Origin: an uncultured Veillonellaceae bacterium
GTDB taxonomy: Bacteria > Bacillota > Negativicutes > JARBTT01
Length of the DNA stretch: 64,000 nucleotides
Assembly (NCBI GenBank): GCA_963805085.1
Contig: CAWDTA010000002.1
Span: 1,792,001 to 1,856,000 of the forward strand
Direction of reading: 5' to 3'
Within the stretch, counting starts at the first letter, position 1; each line of letters starts with the position of its first letter. Made by a program: the position numbers and the translations under genes. Of the stretch, positions 41,991 to 52,518 are shown in pieces. The notes below the pieces were generated by a model that searched no databases, had not been told where the DNA came from, and saw only the letters and a program-made list of their open reading frames with translations.

Positions 41991-43334
41991 ATGAATAAAG
42001 AAAAAGAATCAATGCGAAAAGAAATTTTTACAAAAGTCAAAGAATATTATGAAAAATTTAATGATGTAAATAAATCTCAATATAGTTCTGAACGTATCGC
42101 ATATGCTGGACGTGTATATGACGAACAGGAAATGATAAATCTTACGGATGCGATGCTGGAATTTTGGCTGACGTCTGGAAGATTCACAAAAGAATTTGAA
42201 GCGAAATTTGCTGAATTTCTGCATATAAAATATTGTTCTTTAGTGAATTCTGGTTCTTCAGCTAATTTAGTCGCCTTTATGACTTTGACGTCACCATTGT
42301 TGCGAGAACGACGTATCAATCCTGGGGATGAGGTCATTACAGTAGCCGCCGGATTTCCTACGACAGTTTCGCCTATTGTACAATATGGAGCCATACCTGT
42401 ATTTATAGATGTTTCTATTCCAGAGTATAATATTAAGACTGAACTGCTGGAAGAAGCTTATAGTCCGAACACAAAAGCTGTTTTTCTCGCGCATACATTA
42501 GGTAATCCGTTTGATTTGAAAACTGTTAAAGAATTTTGTGATAGGCATAATTTGTGGTTAATCGAAGATAATTGCGATGCACTGGGTTCTCAATATTATA
42601 TTGATGGTCAATGGCAATATACTGGAACGATTGGCGATATAGGTACTTCCAGTTTTTATCCACCGCATCATATTACTATGGGTGAGGGCGGTGCCGTTTA
42701 TACGAATAATTCGTTGCTTTATAAAATTATTCGTTCAATGAGGGACTGGGGAAGAGATTGTATTTGCCCTTCTGGTGTTGATAACTGTTGTGGTAAACGT
42801 TTTGATGGACAGTACGGAGAATTGCCATATGGTTATGATCATAAGTACGTGTATTCGCATTTTGGATATAATCTAAAAGTTACTGATATGCAGGCAGCTG
42901 TTGGATGTGCACAATTAAATAAATTAGAAGAATTCATACAACGTAGAAAAGAAAACTGGAAATATTTAAGAGACCATTTATCTGTTTTATCTGATCAGTT
43001 AATTTTACCGGAACCAACTGAAAATTCAGTTCCAAGTTGGTTTGGATTTTTGATTACGGTAAAAGATACTTGTCTGGTAAAAAGAGAAGATATCGTAAAA
43101 TGCCTGGAAAATAAAGGTGTCCAGACAAGGATGTTGTTTGCAGGTAATATTGTAAAACATCCTTGTTTTAATGAAATGAGAAAAGATCAAAAGGGTTATA
43201 AAATTGTTGGGAATCTAAATAACACAGATAAAATAATGAATAATACTTTTTGGGTTGGAGTTTATCCGGGTTTAAATGAGTCAAAATTGCAGCGAATTGT
43301 TGATGAAATTATTGCTTGCGTAAATCAGGGGTAA
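41991..43334 (+). CDS. rfbH: CDP-4-keto-6-deoxyglucose 3-dehydrase (E1)
   Basis: SFYPPHHITMGEGG (His in place of the Schiff-base Lys), WGRDCIC...CCGKRF Fe-S motif, YDHKY. Confidence 0.93.
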   Translation: MNKEKESMRKEIFTKVKEYYEKFNDVNKSQYSSERIAYAGRVYDEQEMINLTDAMLEFWLTSGRFTKEFEAKFAEFLHIKYCSLVNSGSSANLVAFMTLTSPLLRERRINPGDEVITVAAGFPTTVSPIVQYGAIPVFIDVSIPEYNIKTELLEEAYSPNTKAVFLAHTLGNPFDLKTVKEFCDRHNLWLIEDNCDALGSQYYIDGQWQYTGTIGDIGTSSFYPPHHITMGEGGAVYTNNSLLYKIIRSMRDWGRDCICPSGVDNCCGKRFDGQYGELPYGYDHKYVYSHFGYNLKVTDMQAAVGCAQLNKLEEFIQRRKENWKYLRDHLSVLSDQLILPEPTENSVPSWFGFLITVKDTCLVKREDIVKCLENKGVQTRMLFAGNIVKHPCFNEMRKDQKGYKIVGNLNNTDKIMNNTFWVGVYPGLNESKLQRIVDEIIACVNQG

Positions 43335-43337
43335 TTT

Positions 43338-44399
43338 ATGAATATAGATTTTTGGAAAAATAAAAGAGTATTAATTACGGGTCACACCGGATTTAAGGGA
43401 ACTTGGCTTACTTTGTTGTTAAAAAGATTAGGCGCGATAGTTGCTGGATATGCACTATCACCGGAAAAGGAAAGTTTGTTTGAACAGGCTGAGGTCTTGC
43501 TTGATTATCATTGTGAAGGTGATCTAAGAAATCAAAATCGTTTTGTAGAATTTATGAAAATTGTTCAGCCAGAGATTGTCATACATTTAGGTTCTTATGG
43601 ATTTATTCATGAATCGTTGCAGGATCCGATTAATACATTTTCAACAAATACGGTAGGTCTTGTTAATGTATTAGAAAGTGTTAGAGAGTGTGCGAGTGTA
43701 CGAGCTGTGGTTATTGTGACAAGTGATAAATGTTATGAAAATTTGGAGACTGAGATTCCTTATACAGAAGAGAGTCGTTTGGGTGCGCAGGATCCTTATT
43801 CTGCAAGTAAAGCTTGCCAGGAATTAATCACAAAAAGTTATTGCTTTTCTTACTTCAATTACCAACAAACTCCTTTGGTTGCTACAGCACGTGCAAGTAA
43901 CGTCATTGGAGGCGGCGATGTTAACAAGACTAGGCTTATTCCTCATCTAATAGAAAGATTTTCGAGTGGAGAAACGGCTGTAATCAGAAACCCGGATACT
44001 GTTCGTCCATGGCAATATGTACTTGATGTATTAAATGGATATTTGATATTAGCAGAAAATCTATATAATGGTAAAAGAGAATGCGCATCTGCATTTAATT
44101 TTGGCCCCGATAAATCAAATTTTGTTACAGTGAGATATATTACTAATCAATTATCTGAATTATTTGATTCAGCCCAATATGAAGTTATTCCCAATAAATC
44201 TGGATTAGAGACAAATATTTTAAAGTTGGACAGCTTTAAGGCAAAAAATAGGTTGAAGTGGAATCAATTTTATCAATTGGAAGATGTTTTAAAGTTAGTA
44301 GTTGATTTTAGAAAAAGAGAACTATTAGGAGATAAAGCTAAAAGTATATGCCAAAATCAAATAGAACTATTTTTAATGGAGGCTCATAATGATCAATGA
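43338..44399 (+). CDS. rfbG: CDP-glucose 4,6-dehydratase-like protein
   Basis: TGHTGFKGTWL, TSDKCY, DPYSASK, NVIGGGD, RPWQ. Confidence 0.85.
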   Translation: MNIDFWKNKRVLITGHTGFKGTWLTLLLKRLGAIVAGYALSPEKESLFEQAEVLLDYHCEGDLRNQNRFVEFMKIVQPEIVIHLGSYGFIHESLQDPINTFSTNTVGLVNVLESVRECASVRAVVIVTSDKCYENLETEIPYTEESRLGAQDPYSASKACQELITKSYCFSYFNYQQTPLVATARASNVIGGGDVNKTRLIPHLIERFSSGETAVIRNPDTVRPWQYVLDVLNGYLILAENLYNGKRECASAFNFGPDKSNFVTVRYITNQLSELFDSAQYEVIPNKSGLETNILKLDSFKAKNRLKWNQFYQLEDVLKLVVDFRKRELLGDKAKSICQNQIELFLMEAHNDQ

Positions 44400-45201
44400 C
44401 TCGAAAGAATTTGCAAGACTTGTAAGAAGAAAAGTTGCAAAGATACTAAATAAAACAAATGATTCTCATATTGGAGGAGGATATTCTAGTATAGATATTA
44501 TGTCTGTTTTATATACAAAGATATTAGGACTTTCAAAAGAAAATTTAAATGATCCGAATCGTAATGTTTTTATTTTGAGCAAAGGTCACATCGCTGCATC
44601 GATGTATGCCATTCTTGCTTATGCAGAAATCATTTCAATGGGTGATTTAGATAAACATGTTATGAATGGAGAAAATTATGCCGGACATACAAGAAAATAT
44701 GTTGTGCCGGGGATTGAGGCATCGACAGGATCATTAGGGCATGGCTTATCTATAGGAATTGGTATGGCCTATGCCAAACGTTTGCAGGGGGTGGGCGGTA
44801 ATGTTTATGTTTTAATGGGCGATGGAGAATGTAATGAAGGCTCTGTTTGGGAAGCGGCAATGTTTGCGGCGAGATTTCAGTTGTCCAATCTAGCTTTTAT
44901 TGTAGATAGAAATATGCTTCAGTCTTATGGCAGTGATAATCATGTGCTCAATATGGGAGATTTAGCAGCTAAATTTAATGCATTTGGCTGTAATGCTGTG
45001 GATGTTGACGGTCATGATCACGATTCTTTGTATGATGTATTAAGCAATTCTTGTAGGAAAGATCCATGCGCACCTATGGCTATTATTGCTCATACTATTA
45101 AAGGCAAAGGTGTCTCGTTTATGGAGAACCGTTTAGAATGGCATTTTAAATCACCTAATGATGAACAATTGAAAATAGCATTGGAGGAACTAAAAGCATG
45201 A
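44389..45201 (+). CDS. Split transketolase, N-terminal ThDP-binding subunit
   Basis: HIGG, SKGH, TGSLGHG, GDGECNEGSVWEA, KGKG...WH. Confidence 0.92.
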   Translation: MINDSKEFARLVRRKVAKILNKTNDSHIGGGYSSIDIMSVLYTKILGLSKENLNDPNRNVFILSKGHIAASMYAILAYAEIISMGDLDKHVMNGENYAGHTRKYVVPGIEASTGSLGHGLSIGIGMAYAKRLQGVGGNVYVLMGDGECNEGSVWEAAMFAARFQLSNLAFIVDRNMLQSYGSDNHVLNMGDLAAKFNAFGCNAVDVDGHDHDSLYDVLSNSCRKDPCAPMAIIAHTIKGKGVSFMENRLEWHFKSPNDEQLKIALEELKA

Positions 45202-46124
45202 GAAAAACATTTGTTAATACATTAACAGAGTTGGCACATCAGGATGATAAAATCATGCTAGTGATTGGAGATACAGGTTTTTCTGTATTTGAGCCTTTCG
45301 AAACTGAATTTAAAGAAAGATTTGTGAATGTTGGAATTGCAGAACAGAATTTTGTTGCTTTTTCAGCCGGACTTGCGGCAATGGGCATGAATGTATTTGC
45401 TTATAATGTAGTATCTTTCATGGTTTTGCGTGCAATGGAGCAAATTATGATAGATGTTTGCTATCAGGAAAATCCAGTAAAGATGGTAGGCGTTGGCGGA
45501 GGTTTTGCCTATGGGGTGGCGGGGCCAACGCATCATTCATTACAAGATATTGCAATGATGCGAACTTTGCCAGGAATGACCATTGTATGTCCGGGAGATC
45601 CAATAGAAATGAAATATACGATGCTGGAAGCAGTAAGGATGAAAACACCAATTTATATAAGAATTGGCAGGAATGTTGATCCCCTGGTACATCAAGCAGA
45701 TAGCGTCGATTTTAAAATCGGAAAAGCAATACGGATGAGAGATGGCAAAGATGGGGTTTTGTTTGCGACTGGAACAATGCTCAAAGATGCTGTTGATGCA
45801 TGCAAAAAACTAGAAGAGAAAAGTTTTCGTATCGCATTATATAGTATGCATACAATTAAACCTTTGGATAAAGAAGTCATAAATAAATATGCTTCAAAGG
45901 GAATTCCGATTTTTACTGTAGAAGAACATAGTATTGTGGGCGGTTTAGGTTCTGCTGTTGCGGAAGTGATTGCAGAAAATAAATTTCAGGTACCATTCAG
46001 ACGATTTGGCGTGCCAGATGTATTTGCTCCGGTTACAGGAACAAGGGAATATTTAAATGCGCTATTTAAAATGGATGCCGATGCTATGGTGAATGGAATT
46101 ATGGAGACATTACAAAATGAATAA
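45198..46124 (+). CDS. Split transketolase, pyrimidine-binding/C-terminal subunit
   Basis: NVGIAEQN, GPTHH, IKPLD, VEEH...GGLG. Confidence 0.92.
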   Translation: MRKTFVNTLTELAHQDDKIMLVIGDTGFSVFEPFETEFKERFVNVGIAEQNFVAFSAGLAAMGMNVFAYNVVSFMVLRAMEQIMIDVCYQENPVKMVGVGGGFAYGVAGPTHHSLQDIAMMRTLPGMTIVCPGDPIEMKYTMLEAVRMKTPIYIRIGRNVDPLVHQADSVDFKIGKAIRMRDGKDGVLFATGTMLKDAVDACKKLEEKSFRIALYSMHTIKPLDKEVINKYASKGIPIFTVEEHSIVGGLGSAVAEVIAENKFQVPFRRFGVPDVFAPVTGTREYLNALFKMDADAMVNGIMETLQNE

Positions 46125-47334
46125 GACTATCCGGGAAATTTTTACTGATTTTACAGAAAAAAGAAACTCATTAGAATATAGTGTAGATCAGATGAAGTCG
46201 GACTTGGAAGCTTTTATCGATAAAATTGTTTTATATGGAGCAGGTAGCGCTGGAATTGCTTTTCTACAGTATCTGCGTGATATTGGTATTGAGCCAAGAT
46301 ATTTCGTCGATGGAGATCCCCGAAAATGGGGTTGTGTTGTTGAAGGGGTTAAGGTTATAGGCCCTGAGAAAATTATTGGAAATTTATCGGCGGATGCGCT
46401 GGTGATTGTAACAATCAATACGGATGGCAAGAAATATTGCAAAAGCTTTACTGAAGCTTTGCGGCTTGGCGGGCATGAAGGTGTACATAAAACGTTAGAA
46501 AGTGCTGGATGCCGGAATGTGATAGATTATACTTATTTTAGAAGATGTCATGATCTATTTCGTGGCGATCACTATAATTTGCCGTCTTGTTCCGATGTGC
46601 AGATTATGTTGGAGCATAAAAAAGAAATCTCTGATGTATATGAGCTGCTAGCAGATGATATGTCAAAAGACGTTTTTCGAAAGATTCTCTGTTTTCGTCT
46701 TCTTGATGACAGCATTACAATACCTACTTTATCTCAAGATAATCAATATTTTGAATATGATCTATATAAAATGATTGGAACGGAACGATTTATTGATTGC
46801 GGAGCCTATAATGGGATTACATTGAAGACATTTTTGAAAAATAATCATAACCAATTAGGTCAGTATGTTGCACTTGAACCTGATGAAATAAATTTTTCGA
46901 CTTTACAAAATTATGTAAATGATTTGGAAGATTCAATTAAGAATAAAATTAAAATTTTGAAATGTGCTGCACATCAAAAAAAAGGGCAGAAAAGTTTATA
47001 TGCACTGCATGGACCAGGATCATTTTTAACTGATATAGGAAAAAACATTGTAGATACGGACTATATTGATGCGATACTTGATGGTAGCTGTGCCACTATG
47101 ATTAAAATGAATATTGAAGGCTCTGAAAAAATGGCACTACTAGGAGCGAAAGAAACAATCAAGAAATTCAGCCCAGTATTAGCGATTGCTGCTTATCATA
47201 AAACAAGGGATTTGTGGGAAGTTCCCTTGTTGATTCATTCGTTTAATCAGGATTATAAATTTTATTTGCGTTCCTATATGAATCATATTTCATTTTTATT
47301 TTATGCAGTGCCGAAAGGAAGAGGCCATGAATAA
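46117..47334 (+). CDS. FkbM family O-methyltransferase with N-terminal Rossmann-like domain
   Basis: YGAG, IDCGAYNG, EPD, IKMNIEGSE, AYH...YLR. Confidence 0.88.
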   Translation: MNKTIREIFTDFTEKRNSLEYSVDQMKSDLEAFIDKIVLYGAGSAGIAFLQYLRDIGIEPRYFVDGDPRKWGCVVEGVKVIGPEKIIGNLSADALVIVTINTDGKKYCKSFTEALRLGGHEGVHKTLESAGCRNVIDYTYFRRCHDLFRGDHYNLPSCSDVQIMLEHKKEISDVYELLADDMSKDVFRKILCFRLLDDSITIPTLSQDNQYFEYDLYKMIGTERFIDCGAYNGITLKTFLKNNHNQLGQYVALEPDEINFSTLQNYVNDLEDSIKNKIKILKCAAHQKKGQKSLYALHGPGSFLTDIGKNIVDTDYIDAILDGSCATMIKMNIEGSEKMALLGAKETIKKFSPVLAIAAYHKTRDLWEVPLLIHSFNQDYKFYLRSYMNHISFLFYAVPKGRGHE

Positions 47335-48349
47335 ATATCAAGAAACGGTGTGGGCTGACGTCCGAGAATTTATGCCAGACTATGTTGATTGGACAAAATT
47401 AGAACATAAAAATGTATTAATTACGGGGGCTTCTGGCTTAATTGCCTCATATCTTGTTTATATGTTTATGTGCAGAAATAGAGATTATCGGCAGCATATT
47501 CAGATTTATGCGATAATGCGTGATGAATGTAAGGCAAAAGAATGGTTTTCCAATATATGGTTTTGCGAAGAATTTCATCCACTTATACAGGATGTTTGTG
47601 ATGAAGTTGGTGTTGATGTGAAGTTTGATTATATCATTCATGCAGCAAGTCCCGCGAGTAAAAAACTTTATTTGCAATATCCTGTTGATGTATGGCAGGC
47701 GAATGTTGTTGGAACAAATTTGTTATTGAAACGTTGTGTAAGGGATAATGCAATTTTTTTATATGTCAGTAGTGGAATGCTCTATGGTGTTAGTAATGTA
47801 AAAAGATATTTTATTGAAGATGATGCATCTATAAAAGAGATTCCCTTGGAGATGAAAAATGTTTATGTAGATGCAAAAAGGGCAGGTGAATTGTTGTGCT
47901 TGGCTTTTTCGCATCAGTATCAGATTAGTTCTAAAATAGCTCGTATTTTTTCTGTTTTTGGTCCAGGTGAATCGATAAATTCAGATCGCTGTTTTATGGA
48001 TTTTTTGTGTAATGTTCTAAATCAAGAGAGCATCAAACTAAAAGGAGATGGGATGGCGGTTCGGTCTTATTGTTATGTTGCTGATGCAGCAGCAGGATTA
48101 ATTACGTTACTTTTAAATGGAGAAAATGAAACTTATAATATTGGTAGTAAAAATAATGTTTTTTCTATATTAGAGTTGAAAAATATCTTTTCAGAATTTT
48201 TATCATATGGTGAAGTTTTTCAATCGAAAAATATTATTGATTGCAAAGATTATTTTTTACCTGATGTAAGAAAATTAGTAGAACTTGGTTGGCAAGAGAA
48301 AACTAGTATAAGAGAGATTATACAAAAATGTTTAAGGATATATAAGTGA
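47327..48349 (+). CDS. NAD-dependent epimerase/dehydratase/reductase (extended SDR)
   Basis: TGASGLIA, HAAS, YVDAKR (YxxxK), RSYCYVAD. Confidence 0.88.
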   Translation: MNKYQETVWADVREFMPDYVDWTKLEHKNVLITGASGLIASYLVYMFMCRNRDYRQHIQIYAIMRDECKAKEWFSNIWFCEEFHPLIQDVCDEVGVDVKFDYIIHAASPASKKLYLQYPVDVWQANVVGTNLLLKRCVRDNAIFLYVSSGMLYGVSNVKRYFIEDDASIKEIPLEMKNVYVDAKRAGELLCLAFSHQYQISSKIARIFSVFGPGESINSDRCFMDFLCNVLNQESIKLKGDGMAVRSYCYVADAAAGLITLLLNGENETYNIGSKNNVFSILELKNIFSEFLSYGEVFQSKNIIDCKDYFLPDVRKLVELGWQEKTSIREIIQKCLRIYK

Positions 48350-48468
48350 GGAAGGCGATAGATAAAGATATTTCAGCTGACTATAAGTTATATTTAAGAA
48401 ATCATGAAGGAATGGTAGAATATGTTTTTTATGCGGTTCCTAAGCATAGATTGATAAAAAATATATAG
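48346..48468 (+). pseudogene. C-terminal remnant of a third FkbM methyltransferase
   Basis: Translates ...DYKLYLRNHEGMVEYVFYAVPKHR, matching the C-termini of both FkbM genes (DYKFYLRS...FYAVPK; HKFFLRS...YAVP). Confidence 0.7.
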
Positions 48469-48555
48469 GTTGGCGAATTTCTTTTGAGCTACGATAATGT
48501 AAGTAGCATATAACGAATAGAAATAATAAGAAACTTATTATATGAGGAGAAACGT

Positions 48556-49686
48556 ATGAATGAATTTAGATATTTATTTAGTAGTTTTCACATGAAAGAT
48601 AAATGTTTAATAAACCATTTAAATAAAAAAGTAATGCTTTATGGTGCAGGTTATTGTGGGATGCTTGTAATGGATTTATTAACTAAAAGCAATATTAATC
48701 CAGTGGCTTTTTTAGATAGAGATGCATCAAAGCAAGAACAATTTTTAAATGGGATTCCAATTTATCTGCCTGAGACTATACGTCAAAAAGATAAAGATGT
48801 AATTGTGTTGGTTTGTATGTTTTCAAAAGAAAGTTATATTGATATAAAAAATAACTTATACAGTTTTGGTTTTGAAAATATTCATCATATATTGCAGTAT
48901 AAATGGGATCAAAATTTATTTCGTAATCAATTGCTAATGATTTCACCAGATATTGATTTATTCAGAGAAAATATAAATAATATACAAAAGGTGTATGATT
49001 TATTGCAGGATGAAAAATCAAAGGATACATTAAAAATCATTTTAAAATTTACATTAACTAGTGAAATGGGGAAATCGAGTCATTTACCTATAGGAGAACA
49101 ATACTTTGCTTATGATATTTTTACGAATAAGGTAGATGAGGTCTTTGTGGATTGTGGAACGCACATCGGGTATGTAATGGAGGTGTTCATACAAAAAAGC
49201 AATAAAAGTTTTCAAAAATACATATGTTATGAGCCTGATCCAATAAATGTAGAAGAAATTGTGCAAAAAAGATCAGGATATTCTAAGGAAATTGCTAATA
49301 AAATTGAAATACATAATGTTGCATTATCCGATAGAAATGAAAAGGTATATTTGAAAAATTTTAATCATATGAACTCGGTGATTGTTCCTGATGGAGATAT
49401 TGAGGCAAATACAATTTTATTAGATGAGCATATCGATAAAATTGCTCCAACTTTTATAAAAATTGATGTTGAAGGATTTGAAATGAAATTGCTTACTGGT
49501 GCAATACAGATGTTAAAGAGATATCAGCCAATAGTTGCTGTTGCTATTTATCACAAAGAAAGTGATTTATGGCAAATACCATTTCTTTTAAAGAGAATTT
49601 TGCCAAATCATAAATTCTTTCTAAGAAGTTATATGAATTATATGGAAACCATCTTATATGCAGTACCTGCCACGAGAGCGAGATGA
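48556..49686 (+). CDS. FkbM family O-methyltransferase
   Basis: YGAG, VDCG, EPD, IKIDVEGFE, AIYH. Confidence 0.88.
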   Translation: MNEFRYLFSSFHMKDKCLINHLNKKVMLYGAGYCGMLVMDLLTKSNINPVAFLDRDASKQEQFLNGIPIYLPETIRQKDKDVIVLVCMFSKESYIDIKNNLYSFGFENIHHILQYKWDQNLFRNQLLMISPDIDLFRENINNIQKVYDLLQDEKSKDTLKIILKFTLTSEMGKSSHLPIGEQYFAYDIFTNKVDEVFVDCGTHIGYVMEVFIQKSNKSFQKYICYEPDPINVEEIVQKRSGYSKEIANKIEIHNVALSDRNEKVYLKNFNHMNSVIVPDGDIEANTILLDEHIDKIAPTFIKIDVEGFEMKLLTGAIQMLKRYQPIVAVAIYHKESDLWQIPFLLKRILPNHKFFLRSYMNYMETILYAVPATRAR

Positions 49687-49692
49687 GTTAAT

Positions 49693-50664
49693 ATGAAATA
49701 TATTGATTTGAAAACAAGGTTTAAAAATTTGCATTTATCAAAAATAGGTTTAGGAACAGGGCGATTTGGTACAGTTATTTCGGAGCAAGATAGTTTTGAA
49801 ATGCTTGATCAATTCCTGCAAGCAGGAGGGACTGTTATTGATACTGCGCGAAATTATTATGAGTGGGTACAAAATGGAAGAGGTATGAGTGAAAAAACCA
49901 TTGGAAAATGGCTGAGAGAAACGGGAGTAAGAGAAAAGGTTATTTTGTCAACAAAATGCGGTGTACGTAATGAAGGTAAAGAATGGACGTATGACTTGAG
50001 CTATAATACTATTTGCACTGAATTGGAAGAAAGCAAAGAAGCATTAGGAACAGATGAGATTGATATTTATTTACTACACAGAGATGAATTTTCACGAAAC
50101 GTCGAAGAAATTGTTGAAACAATGCATCAATTATATACAGATAATAAAATTGGTGTTATAGGTGTGGGTAATTGGAATATTAAGCGGATTGTTGCGGCAA
50201 ATTTATATGCAAAACAAAATAACCTAACTCCGTTTAAGATTATTCAAACTTGGTGGTCTTTGGCCGAATATACAAAAGAAATGTGGAATGATCCTACAAC
50301 TACCTATATGGATGATGAAACCTACCAATATATGAAGGAAAATGATATATTAGGAATGGCATATACATCACAGGTTAAAGGGTATTTCCAAAAGGCAATA
50401 AATTTCGGGGTGAATAATGTTGATTCATTTTTGCGCCAGAGAATTGAAACTCCGGCAAATTTAAGGAAGGTAGAATACATAAGAAAATATTGCATACAAC
50501 ATGATATAAATCCAACGGCTTTTATTTTAGGATATATTACTTCGAATTCGTTAAATGGGATTTCTTTAATAAGTTGTAATCGTATGGAACAATTAAAAGA
50601 TATTATTGAAAATGCTGACTATGATTTGCCTGAAAATTTTATAAATAAAATTGATCACATTTAA
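49693..50664 (+). CDS. Aldo/keto reductase
   Basis: GLGT, IDTARNY, SEKTIG, STK, IDIYLLHRD, IGVGNW. Confidence 0.92.
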   Translation: MKYIDLKTRFKNLHLSKIGLGTGRFGTVISEQDSFEMLDQFLQAGGTVIDTARNYYEWVQNGRGMSEKTIGKWLRETGVREKVILSTKCGVRNEGKEWTYDLSYNTICTELEESKEALGTDEIDIYLLHRDEFSRNVEEIVETMHQLYTDNKIGVIGVGNWNIKRIVAANLYAKQNNLTPFKIIQTWWSLAEYTKEMWNDPTTTYMDDETYQYMKENDILGMAYTSQVKGYFQKAINFGVNNVDSFLRQRIETPANLRKVEYIRKYCIQHDINPTAFILGYITSNSLNGISLISCNRMEQLKDIIENADYDLPENFINKIDHI

Positions 50665-50760
50665 ATTATGAAATTACTCATTCATTGATATAACGAATGA
50701 AGCAAGTAATTATATTTTCGATGTAAAGTCAATATATAGGAATTGCAGGGGTGTGAAATA

Positions 50761-52500
50761 TTGAAAAAACAGACAGTTTCAGAATTTATTTTTAATTTTT
50801 TAGCTGGTAAAGGAATTGATACTGTTTATATGGTATCTGGAAGTTCAGCTATGTGGCTGACGGATGCGTTAAAACGCAATGATCAATTACAGGTGATTTG
50901 TACACATCATGAACAGGCAGCAGCTATGGCAGCGGATGTTTATGGTCGAACCAAAGGTGCTCCGGGAGTGGCGCTTGTTACGATTGGACCGGGGGCAACA
51001 AATGCTATTACCGGCGTTGCAGAAGCATATGTGGATTCATCACCGATGTTTATTATTTCGGGACAGGCATCCTCAAAATTGTTGAAATATGAAATCGAAA
51101 CAGGAATTCGTCAGCATGGCACACAAAGCCTTGAATTGCAACATATTGTTTCGCCGATTACAAAATATTTTTCTGCTGTGCTTGATCCGGACTCTATTCG
51201 TTATCATATGGAAAGGGCTTATTATGAAGCAACGACTGGAAGACCAGGACCAGTGTGGATAGATGTTCCAATTGATATTCAAAATAAGCAGGTACCGGAT
51301 TCAATGGTGAGTTTTGAAGTACCGGAAAAAATGAACCCTGATTTCGACTCAGAATTTGTAAGAATAATAGAGTTACTTGGCAGGGCAAAAAGACCAGTAA
51401 TTTTAGCTGGACATGGGGTGCGCACTGGAAGTGCAGTAGATTTATTGCGAGATTTCGCTGAAAAGCATCGTATTCCGGTTGCAATGTCACGTGGAGGCAT
51501 AGATGTTTTTCCAACTAATAATCGTTTGTTTCTAGGTCGGCCGGGTGCATATGGTGATAGGGCGTCGCATTTTGCACTGCAGCAATCGGATTTATTGTTG
51601 ATATTAGGAAGTAGATTGTCTGTTTCTACGATTGGGTATTATCCTGAGAAGTTGGCTGAATATGCAATAAAGGTTATGGTGGACATTGATGAAAAAGAAC
51701 TAGCGAAAAAGGATGTACCAGTAGATTTAAAATTAAATATGGATGTCAAATTATTTTTAGAAGAATTAAGTAAGGTTGAGTATCAGGCAACCGATACTAG
51801 TGAATGGCTCAAACAATGCAATGCGTGGAAAGAAAAATACCCAAATGTGTTAACTGAATACGCGAATGAAAAACAGCTTAATACGTATTATTTTACACAA
51901 GAATTAGCTAAATTGGTCGATGATGATGCCATAGTTGTTGTAGATACAGGAAGCGTCTGCAATATAGTTTCTCAGTCTTGGATATTAAAAGAAAAGCAAC
52001 GGTATATTATTTCCGGGGGACTATCTTGCATGGGGTTCTGGGCAGGTGCTATGGGGGCTGTACCAAAGAATCATCAGACGATTGCTATTGCGGGTGATGG
52101 TAGTGTACAAATGAATATTCAGGAATTTGCAACATTACAATATAATCAAATGCCTTTAAAATTATTTATTTATAATAACAATGGCTACATGTTGATTCGT
52201 CACAACCAACATAATTATATGAATGATCGTTTTCTGGGTGTCGGACCTGACAGCGGTGTGCAGACTCCTGATTTCTGCGCCGTTGCAAAAGCATATGGAT
52301 TACCGGCAGTGAGAATTACTGCAGAAGATGATATAAAGAAAAAAATTGAGGAGGTTTTGCAAATTGAGGGGCCAGTAATCTGCGAAGTTATGGCAAAAGA
52401 ATTTATGGAAATAATCCCGAGAATCGCTTCTAGAGTGATGCCAGATGGATCATTAAAGGCAGCAGAGTTTGATGATTTATATCCATTTTTAGAAAAATAA
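50761..52500 (+). CDS. ThDP-dependent acetolactate synthase-like enzyme (YerE-like sugar branching enzyme)
   Basis: HHEQAAAMAA, TIGPGATN, GRPGPVWIDVP, GDG...NNNGY; embedded in a CDP-sugar cluster with no ilvH/ilvC. Confidence 0.85.
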   Translation: MKKQTVSEFIFNFLAGKGIDTVYMVSGSSAMWLTDALKRNDQLQVICTHHEQAAAMAADVYGRTKGAPGVALVTIGPGATNAITGVAEAYVDSSPMFIISGQASSKLLKYEIETGIRQHGTQSLELQHIVSPITKYFSAVLDPDSIRYHMERAYYEATTGRPGPVWIDVPIDIQNKQVPDSMVSFEVPEKMNPDFDSEFVRIIELLGRAKRPVILAGHGVRTGSAVDLLRDFAEKHRIPVAMSRGGIDVFPTNNRLFLGRPGAYGDRASHFALQQSDLLLILGSRLSVSTIGYYPEKLAEYAIKVMVDIDEKELAKKDVPVDLKLNMDVKLFLEELSKVEYQATDTSEWLKQCNAWKEKYPNVLTEYANEKQLNTYYFTQELAKLVDDDAIVVVDTGSVCNIVSQSWILKEKQRYIISGGLSCMGFWAGAMGAVPKNHQTIAIAGDGSVQMNIQEFATLQYNQMPLKLFIYNNNGYMLIRHNQHNYMNDRFLGVGPDSGVQTPDFCAVAKAYGLPAVRITAEDDIKKKIEEVLQIEGPVICEVMAKEFMEIIPRIASRVMPDGSLKAAEFDDLYPFLEK

Positions 52501-52518
52501 ATGACAAGGAATATTTTT

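Noticed and set aside
50761-52500. Housekeeping ilvB acetolactate synthase
   Set aside because: No regulatory subunit or other ilv genes; it sits within an NDP-sugar operon
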